DNA of 64,000 bases. Origin: Gnetum montanum (lineage: Eukaryota; Plantae; Gnetophyta). Location: contig MNCI01000775.1 of NCBI GenBank assembly GCA_015680685.1, positions 140,251 to 204,250 of the forward strand, in the 5' to 3' direction. A model generated the notes under the pieces. That model was not told the origin of the DNA, ran no database searches, and was given only the letters and a program-made list of their open reading frames with translations. Shown piece after piece: positions 54,701 to 64,000 of the stretch. The position numbers and the translations under genes are program-made. Each line of letters begins with the position of its first letter. Within the stretch, counting starts at the first letter, position 1.

Positions 54701-57037
54701 CCAAACAAACTAATAGTTTGAAAGATTTCAAAGGTTCCAAAGAAGTTCTTGAATATAATGCTAGTCCTTCATTAGGAGAAGAATAGAAGAAGCTTCTTGA
54801 GTTTGGAACAAGTAGTGGAGTAAAAACCAAAATGATAAGAAGATCATCCCTTCTATCTAGTTTATTAGTCTATAAGAAAAAGTCAAAGAAACTTAAGCGT
54901 TCAATGATCAAAGGAAATTCTAATAAGATGGAAAATCCTTGGCAAAGAGTTACATCATTAGGATTTCATAACTATACTGATATTTCTAAGTTAGTTTACA
55001 AATATTTACTTGAGCTTTTTATTCCTAGAAAAGCTTACTTGGTTGAAGAGTACATTCACTTATTTGAGTTATCCTTACCTCATTCAAATATTCAACACCA
55101 AGATCAAGAATGTATGTTGTTTGTAGTAAATTTAAAGAATATGGCTTAGATTTGATATTCAAACATGTAAAGAAATAGTATTACATGTTCAAATGATATG
55201 AAAAGTCTTTTCTTGGCCTACTTTGGTAATTAATTAGATCAATAGCAACTGTACTATGGGCTAGTACAAGCTAAGTAGGGAGTCAAAGAGTCAATTGGAA
55301 ATTTTAGTATTAAGTTTCAATGAATTTTTGGGCTTTTTCAAAGACAATATAGACCATTAGATGAAATGCATAAAGATACTTATCTTAAGGCTATGAATCC
55401 CAATATTTCAATTTGGTTAAGGAGAACTCCAAACTTCATAATGCTGAATGACTACTTTAGTAAACCTATATAGTTAGAAACACAATTGAACTTGAACAAT
55501 GAAGAGTTTATTACAATTCAAAAAAGAGAAGAGTAAATGATTATTCTTATGCAAGATTTTGCTTAACTTAAAGCATTACTAGGGCCATCTCATGTTAAGG
55601 TAGAGAAAGAGCATGAAAACAAAGAATCTAAACAAGGACAATTAATGAGAGACTTGTACAACAAGGTAGTGAAACTACAAAAAGCTTATGTAAAATTTCA
55701 AATCAAGGAAGAAAGGAAAAACATAAAACATAAGCATTAAGACACTAAGTTAGTAGAAGATGAGGATGAGACTAATATTTTTATGTCTAGCTTCCTTGAT
55801 ATTGAATCTAATAATGATCTATCTAGTGTTCATTATGCAAGAAAATCTTCTAATAATGGATCTAGTAATACTTCTTCTCTAACAAGTTCTAAAGAGGATA
55901 TATCATTAGATAAAGGATGTAATAACAATAAATAAAATGAACATAATTATTGATCAAAAGAAATGTTAACTACTTCTAGGCCTATGAATGTCATTCTTGA
56001 TCCATCTACTAAGAGAAATATTTTTGAACCAAGTGGAAGAGAGAAAAATAAAAGTAAAAAAAAATAAAGGAGGGAAAAGTACTTAAAATTAGTCTTTTAA
56101 TAAATGGATGAAGAAACCAAGCTTTTACGAAAATGGAGAATATAATTTTATTGAAGATATTAAACATGTCAAAGCTAAAATTAGTATATATCAATTGTTA
56201 CAAATAGGTGATTATGAAAAAAATGCTTGAGAGTTCATTTAAGGTAAAAGAAGAGTTAGAGAATCAAAATTAAGCTACATGTTTAACATTGACAAAACAA
56301 CAAAAACTACCTATGATCGTACTCCTAACAGGGAAGCTCCTTCTTTTCTATTGATAATGAAGTTAAAAGACAAATATCTTCATAATTATATGGTTGATTC
56401 TGGAGCTACATCTAGTATTATGCCATTGTCCATATGCAAAAAGCTTGGTTTCATTCTTCTAAAATCCAATAAAAATATTGTTCAAGTGGATAAAAGCAAA
56501 CTGAAAATTGTGGGTTAGCTGCCAAGTATTTTATTAGAAATTTCTTCTAAAAACTATATCAAAAGAAGACTAATAATTGAAGTGGTGGACATACCATATT
56601 CACATAGTCTTTTGTTGAGTAGAAGTTGGAGTAAGAACTTTTCTGGTTATATATCAACAAATTATTCTCATATGTCGGTACCTTGAAAAGGTGAGTGGAA
56701 TCAAATATACATATACAGTAAACCTTTGATGAATGAAAACATTACTTTAAATGGGATGAATAAAGTCATTGAAATAAGATCTTTTGAAATAAGAATTTTC
56801 CTACTTCAAGAAGTTGATAATTTGGAAAAAGAAGAATCTCAACATGAGAGCAAATCGTAGCGATACTTTGATGCTTCTTGTAATTCTAAAGGTGTAAAAG
56901 ATAAAATAGTTATACTAAAAGATGATTCCCAAAAAATATTTAAGGTAACTCATTTATCTTTCCCATGTACTAATAACAAGGCTTAATATGAAGCCCTAAA
57001 TATTGGAATTAAAGTAGCATTGGAAAAAGAAATCAAG
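51744..57037 (+). repeat. Diverged duplicate of ~36772-42105 (L1 flank, B LTR, PBS, gag-PR and aRH start)
   Basis: Collinear homology, e.g. ORF 37329 vs 52253 (KVNKAPNGNKGK), LTR 53045-54569, PBS 54577-54594, YMVDSGATSSIM. N at 53044 sits where the (TA)n tract is in copy 1. Confidence 0.9.
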
Positions 57038-57850
57038 AAGGACAATAACAGAGAGACAGAGACACCTATCGTCAACCTATCGTCAACCTATAAATATCCT
57101 AGTTGGCGAAGAAAAGAGAAGGAGATGAAAAAGAACAAAAAAGAAGGACAATAACAGAGAGATAGAGACAAGAGACACTTGGCTTGAGCATTGGCAGTAA
57201 GAGCGATTACCCCTTTGGCGAAGACACAAGTTTCTCCATTGGTGATTATCGGCAGTTCCGAGCAAAGACTACCGAAGGCAAAAGGAGCATATCAGAGATC
57301 CAGAGATCATCTGGTGTGGTTTGTGAGTTTCTATTGATCATAAGTAGTTGATCAATAGACATTAGAACTTGACCTTCCTTACATCCCTTCTCCGGCCTAC
57401 AAGGTAGATCGGATTCTATTCTTCACTTCTGCTCAGACAGTTTGCTTATTTCTTGTTGCTTTGTGTATGCTTTATACAAAACAATCAGGGTCTCCCCAGT
57501 GTAACTTGAATACATAAAATACTTATTTTCCTAGGTCAAACTATAGATCTGGCAATCACGCGTTTTTCTCGTGTCTGATTCCTGTTGTCGTGTTAACGCT
57601 ATCATCGTCGTTACCATTCATCTACATCGCCTTTCTCTCATTTTGCGACTTGCCGAATCATATCATTCCACAAGATATTCGTAATCTTCATCGGTTTACT
57701 GATTAGTAAGTCCCTATCTGATCGACAAGACCGTTCAGGGCACTGCGGATTCTTTTTTCCAACATAGCCCTCGCGCGGATCCGTGGTTAAAACTGTGTAC
57801 ACGGGATTTTGTTTGGTATTTTCCAGCTGCCGACATTTTCCGTCGTTACA
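57038..57850 (+). mobile_element. 5'-truncated 5' LTR of element A2
   Basis: TATAAATA at 57089. Ends ...CGTCGTTACA at 57850. The last ~150 bp are homologous to 18171-18312 and the last 30 bp to 921-950. Confidence 0.8.
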
Positions 57851-57856
57851 GTTTTC

Positions 57857-57874
57857 TGGCGCTAGAAGGAGGGC
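57857..57874 (+). promoter_or_regulatory. PBS tRNA-Asn (A2)
   Basis: TGGCGCTAGAAGGAGGGC, 18 nt, 6 nt after the LTR end. Confidence 0.9.
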
Positions 57875-58093
57875 CTAGGCTTTGATTCGTATTTTTTCCG
57901 GTAGCCCTGTTAGTGATTTATACCCAAAACTGTAAATGTAATACCTCTAGGGAAGTTTATGGTAAATCGCGTGGTGTAGATCGGTCACAGGAACGATTCC
58001 TCTAGAATCCTGCAGGGTAGAAAGCCTATATGCGATCTTTTTGTTAGCCGCTTACTAGATCTGGTCATTTTTCACAGCTAATCCACTCGATCA

Positions 58094-61000
58094 ATGGATT
58101 CCGTATACACAACCACAACCGCCATGGTCGCCGCTATTGTGGGTGCCACATCTGTGAACCCTATCGCTGTCACCAGACCAGCTCTTGGTGCAACGGGACC
58201 GCAGGGACCATCGCATAGGTCATTGAGAATGCAGGGCAAAGACCCTATTTTCATGATCGTGACCCCTGAAGAATACAACTTCATCTACGTTAAGATCCAG
58301 GTAAAGCTTGCTCTTAGTCGAGCCGAGATCGAAGCAAAAAGAAACTTTGAGATGATTCATCGAGGAGGTCACGATTTCACTCCAACAGCCTATGACATTA
58401 TCCCTTTGACCGAACATCAACATGAAATTATAACACAGTTGGTCATGGCCAAAGGCCAAGCTTCACGGGCTACAATGGAGCCCCAGAATGGGGAGGAGGA
58501 AGAGGATGAATTGGCAGCCTAGTCGGAACATTCGTTCCATACTCTGAGCCCCCACACGTATGTAAATCCCTTGTTTCCTTTCAACGGAGAGGCCGCTCCT
58601 CTTGACCCAGCCATGACCACGTAGACGCATTTCCCTGTCATTCCACAATCCATTGCACATCCATCTGGGTTGCAAATGCAAATACCCCACAACCACATGG
58701 GGGCGGTTTCATCGCCGCGTGTACTCAGCATTCTGGCGGTGGTTCCAGCGACCACCGCGTCCCATTTCATCCCACAGATCCAACCCCAAACCATGTCCAC
58801 AACTCGTCTGATCCAAACTTTTTTGCTACCACCCCCTCCAACCCGGCAGATCACCACTGTTGTGCAGCCACAGATACCTGTCCACTAGCCTGCCGTGAGT
58901 CAGTGGACTTACCCCGCGGCACAACACAACCAGTCCACGGTATACGGTGTGCAACCCTTGGTGGCCCCCGCAACACATATTCTGTCGATGGTTCCACAAT
59001 ATCCTCATCCTTATCCCACGCAGAAGATGGAAACTAACCTCTCTTCCCAAACCGGTGGGTGGTGGTCTTCACAGGCCCCCCTGGCTGCAGGGATGCCCAC
59101 CCCACCATCTACTGGCCAAACCATTCCACTGTTTCCCCTGCCTGGCACGGCTTTTCCAGGTCAGCCCCTGCTCGTCATGCATAGGCACCTCCAGCAATGG
59201 GTCTGGATCAAGCTTTTCTACTGATTCAAACCCTCACCAAAGAGGTTAGGCATATTAAGGTTGCTGGGTCAGACACAGTACAAATCATGGATTTTTACCA
59301 AGATGATCCTATCAGCTCAGCTGTCCCTATGTTGTCGTTGCCAACAGGGATGTCCTTACCTCATTTTACCAAGAATAATGGGGAGGGGGATCCCAACACT
59401 CACTTAGTCACCTTTAGATCTAAATCCTTGTTGTTATAACAGTGGCCACACACGATCATCCACGTCTTTGCTATGTTGTTGACAGGGAAAGCTCTAGACT
59501 GGTACCGAGCCCTCCCATGCTCTTCCATCTCAACTTTAGAAGAGATACTGACACAAATCGTGACCCACTTTAAATACAACTTAAAGCCAGAATTCACGTT
59601 GGATCAGCTTATGGGGGTGAAACAAGACCTTCTCGAACCAGTCCAGAGGTTCATACAGCGTTGGAATGCTACCTTGAATGAAATCCGTGAGCCGATCACG
59701 GATTCACATCTACTGGCTATATTCAAAGGAGTAGTCAATGACTTTATTAAGTCAAAGTTGTACTATCTTTCCCCCAACTCTTTACATCAGGCCTTCGCTC
59801 AAGTTAGAAGCATCCAAGATGCTACGGAGGCTAGCAAAGACCCGGCATATGTTGCCTACAAGAATGCACACAACAAGGCTAAGGATAAAGGCAAAGCGAC
59901 AACAACGATAGTGGCTGCGCTGGCTGAAGGCGTAAAGAACAAGAACAAGAAGGCACCTACGGTGCCTCCTAAGGCTACGGCTGGTGCAGGAACCAGCCAA
60001 GACATGGTAGCTCCTAAAAAGGCCCCCCAGCCAAAACCAAACTTTGAGCATAAAGATCGCTCAAAGTACACAGCCCTACCTGTAAAGCATTCAGAACTGT
60101 TGAAAAAACTGTTAGGGGCAGGGCACATTCAACCTAAGAAGGTGTCCGAGGAAGCTCTGAAGTGTCACAGACATCATTGTGAACTACTGAAGAACCCTTC
60201 TTTAGCCTTACCTAACGAACCACCAGTTCCAAGATCTTTCAGGCTGGACCGTTTTTGTGACTACCACCAGTTGTGTGGTCACGATATGAATTACTGCTGG
60301 GTGTTGAAAGACGACATTCAACGTATGTTGGATGATGGTTTACTCAAGTTAGACAGCAGTAACCCGACACGCCCAGAAAACCAAACATTGCACGTATATA
60401 AGGACCCATTGAACACAAACGATGCTCCTTATATAATCAATGTGGTGAGTACGGATAGTGAGAGGAGAGGAATGCCAAAACAACCTTTTGTTTTGTGTGA
60501 GCCTGCCAGCTCACAAAGGGGGGCAACCATTTCATCGGTAGCTAGTGGTGTCTCTAGGCCACCCTTCATTATACGGGCACCTTCTCAGATACACCCTCAG
60601 TCACGCAGCAACAGACAAGCCACGGCTTCATCCGCGCCCATGCCTAGGGCGCCCTTCATTATCAAGATGCCAAAACCACAGGCTGCTCCTCTCATGCAGG
60701 GGCAGACCTCTAACCAGAATAGCCAACCATCACCTCCCAAGCGAAATGGAGAGGACATACCTGTTAACACAACGAAAGACCATTCTACGCTCGGCTTCCC
60801 TAAACATAGGCCCCTGGCCTCTGCACCTTCGTCTCTGCCTCAGAAACAGGATAAAGGCACATAAACGCAGCCACCTTCTCTTGGCAAGAAAGAGGACAAC
60901 CCTTCGACCGACACTGTCCTACCTCGAGAGATCTATCTCTTGGGTCGGATGGAAGAGGGCAAGGGAGGCAAACAACCTAGCCGAGAGAAGGACCTCCTCG

Positions 61001-61883
61001 ATGTGTTTATGCAGGTTAAATAGGCTTTAAAACAAAAAAAAATACAACGCTGAGCCTCTATGACCTGCTTATGACATCCCAAAAACACCGTGAGGCTATG
61101 GTCCATATGCTGACATCCATACCTGTGGATGAAAGCCTACCAACAGAGGAGGAAGCGATCCATGCAGTCATGTTTCCTTCCGAAGCTAAGCAACCCAAGC
61201 CCACCTCACTGACCTTTCATGATGAGTCCATCAAAGATGACCCTGAGAAAGGTCAGGTAACCACTGAACCCATGTTCATCACTATTCGGGTCGGTTAGTA
61301 CCTGATCCGGAGAGTACATGTGGACAACGATGCCGCTGCAAACTTCATTCCTTATCCCATCGTGGATAGGTTGGGTCTGGTCGACCAGATCATTTCCACG
61401 ACAACAACCTGCGTAAAGTCGTTCAATGGAGCAAGGGTTCAAGTCAAGGGGACGGTGTGTATCGAGTTTGTGGTAGGGAAGAAATTCCCAACGGATGCCA
61501 CATTCTTAGTCGTTGAGGAGATTCTTGGCTTCAACTTGATCCTAGGGAGGTCCTGGTTAGCCCAGCTGAGGGCGGTTTCATCACCGATACATCAAAAAAT
61601 ACACCTACCTTACGCAGGAGGGGAGGTCGTGATACATGACGATGAAACCACCCCCAGAACTGTCAACAACATTGAGGAAGAACAGGATTTGGAGATAGAA
61701 GCCTTGGATGATCAGACCCATCTCCAAATCCCTCAACAAACTGACATCAATGACGACAATCTCACCTGGGCCAACCTGCCATTTCCGGACGGCAGCGTAG
61801 AGGAGTCAAATCATAAGTCCCCCCGCCCTTACGCAACGTTCAACATAAAGGCCATTAAGAGACAGTTGCGTATTAATGGTTGA
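58094..61883 (+). pseudogene. gag: A2 gag-protease (few stops and frameshifts)
   Basis: ORFs 58094-58522, 59473-60864 (KALDWYRAL; CDYHQLCGHDMNYC knuckle), 61071-61298 and 61320-61883 (VDNDAAANFIP...FNLILGRSWL). Confidence 0.92.
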
Positions 61884-62116
61884 ACAATGGCCCTTGTGCA
61901 CGTCATCACATCTTTACACGTTCTTACAGCTTACACTTAGCAGTTTGTTTTACTTCATCCATTTTTACGCTATATTCGCTTTCGGTTTTTACGCTAGTCA
62001 TTTCTTACATCATTCCGCTTCTTTCACATATGCTATCCATGCTTTTACATCATTTTAGCGTAATTACGCAGGATTATATCCACTACCACCATTTACGTTC
62101 TCTGTATTATGTAGTA

Positions 62117-62243
62117 GGCCCGCAATGGCCTTAAACTAGTTGTGGCCCGCAATGGCCTAAAACTAACCATGGCGCACAATGGCCTAAAACTAGCTTCCAG
62201 ATTACGCAAACACTCATGACGGCCCACAATGGCCTAAAACTAG
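62117..62243. repeat. 27-bp tandem array (GGCCCRCAATGGCCTWAAACTAG), counterpart of 5360-5596
   Basis: Cores at 62133, 62160, 62187 and 62237. Confidence 0.9.
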
Positions 62244-62438
62244 TAATTCCACGCCGTCATACCTTAACTTAGGCAAAACCGTTAACAACTACACTTATGC
62301 TTTGTAGATAAAAACGCAAAAGACACAAAGACAAAAAATATATAACACTTAAAATTGTCACAAAATCTTATCGCTAGTCTTTCAGTCATCCCAGTATCAT
62401 TGTTAGCAACAATCAATAAATCCATGCGTAAATCACAA

Positions 62439-64000
62439 TTACGCATCTCCTCTGACGCCACTGTCACTGCTATCTCTTAATTTTGGCTCCAGTCCAAATA
62501 AATCGTCCTCTAGTAGGCCATCTCTCCTAGGAAGTATTCCATCATGAGGAATCCCCTCTTCATGAGGTCCCTGCTCTGGTATCGGCTCCACGGGAGGATG
62601 CTCTTCATCGTTGCGTTCTTCCTCTTGTGCTGGCTCCTCAGCTTGCTCATCTCCTTTGTCCTCTGTTGGTACCTAGATACAGAAAACATGTTAGCAAGAC
62701 CAAGACTTAACAACATAATTAGAAAATGTAGACTTAGTCATGCATGAACTTACTTTCGATGGCCCTGCTTCTGCAGCAAAGGGAAGCTTGTCCAGGCCAG
62801 CCCACATGCGCTCCATGATTTCATCCTCGATCAGATCAGACCACACATCATCTCCCAAGGCAGCTCCAGCCTTCACCTTCCCTTTCTTTATGCTAGTCCA
62901 GCAAGGTGGGTCCAGGAAGAATGTAGGGACTATTGTCTGCCCCCCAGGGAGAGTCATCTCCCTTTTCGGGGATGCACTTACAGTCACCTGCTCTTCGAAC
63001 CTCTTGAAGGCTTCTAAGGCTCCGATGACGTCCAGGAAAACTTCCAGGGATTGAGCCTTGATGGTAGAATCACGATAAAGTTTACGATAAGCGATGCTTT
63101 CTCACTTATATAGATGTTTATGGTCCTTTTCCTTTTGCCCCCACTCTTGCACGCTTGCACAATAGTCCCTCCAATCCTAGCTTTTCTGAGCTAGGAGCTC
63201 TATCTGCATCTGCTGCTCTATCAACGCCCGACTGGTTCGCACGCTATTTTTGATGGCGGTCCAATAATAGGAGTAGTCGATAACAGTGGTACGCCAGTCT
63301 TCATCGCCCATCTCCCGCGCCTATAGGAATTCGCACCGTGATCTTAGGTCTCCGACCTCTTTGGTTAGCAACTCAATCCTCTGCTCTAACCTCTGTAGCC
63401 TTTTCCATAGATTTTCATTTATGTCCCTACCATCCCATAAGGAGCGTGTCGAGCGTAACGCACATTTACGCATTTCCTCATAAATGTGACGTGGCATGGC
63501 TACCCCATCAGATGGAGGCTCCACTGTGTCCAAATCAATGGGCTCCGTAGGATACCATCGGAGGTGAACTCCTAACAGAAATAAAATCATCAATATTGGT
63601 GACACATTACCACTGTATAATATCGCAAACTCATTACATCCGTAACATACCAACTCCAGGTTCGACGTGCTCGAGACGCTCAATCATATCACTGACAACA
63701 CCTTCCATGAAGGCAAACTTGTCAGGAAAGTCTCTTCACGCTCTGCTCACAGCGATGGACGTGGATACATCCTCTTCTCCTGTAGCGTAATCAAGTTAGA
63801 AACTTTAATTATTAATAGAATTCTACACAAATTTCTAACACATTTATTACCTCTTCCGGTAATAGTGGCGACTTCGCCAACATCTTTCGCCCCATTTTCC
63901 TCTTCACGCACATGAGTCTGTGCATCACTGGTTCTAATAGCTGGGGCCTCCTCACGCACAGGGGTCTATGTGCGGCTCACGCTAACAGCTGGGGCCTCTC
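62439..64000 (-). pseudogene. Last four exons of the antisense accessory gene in A2 (runs off the window)
   Basis: Exons >64000-63851, 63779-63651, 63571-62754 and 62672-62439. Introns 63780-63850 (GTAATA..TACAG), 63572-63650 (GTATGT..GTTAG) and 62673-62753 (GTAAGT..TCTAG); two have CTAAC branch points. The spliced frame is continuous to TAA at 62439-62441, apart from a few transition-type stops. Confidence 0.85.

Overview
AT-rich, CpG/CHG-depleted plant intergenic DNA made almost entirely of nested, decayed retroelements. No intact host gene is visible. The Tat-type elements suggest a large-genome plant such as a gymnosperm, which is an inference. Layout: (1) 1-895, end of a family-B LTR inserted into the 5' LTR of element A1. 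(2) 896-18523, element A1, a Tat/Ogre-like Ty3/gypsy with a tRNA-Asn PBS, gag-pro, a ~5.6 kb spacer, RT-RH-aRH-INT and a 3' LTR. (3) ~18.5-25 kb, a minus-strand Asp-PBS LTR element and fragments. (4) 25-38 kb, AT-rich DNA with a decayed L1, an RTE 3' end and an 820-bp assembly duplication. (5) 38113-51743, element B1 (gag-PR-aRH-RT-RH-INT), with a Met-PBS element C inserted at its YLDD motif. (6) 51744-57037, an old tandem duplicate of the B1 flank and 5' half. (7) 57038-64000, a younger A-family copy (A2). Main discovery: the spacer between protease and RT in the A family holds an antisense spliced gene. In A1 it reconstructs as 9 exons with compatible intron phases (~1000 aa), has its own TATA box, and includes a PMD-like segment and a coiled coil. 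Protein sequence and three intron positions are conserved in the diverged copy A2. RT-RH-INT is uncoupled from gag-pro and is preceded by its own splice acceptor and ATG.
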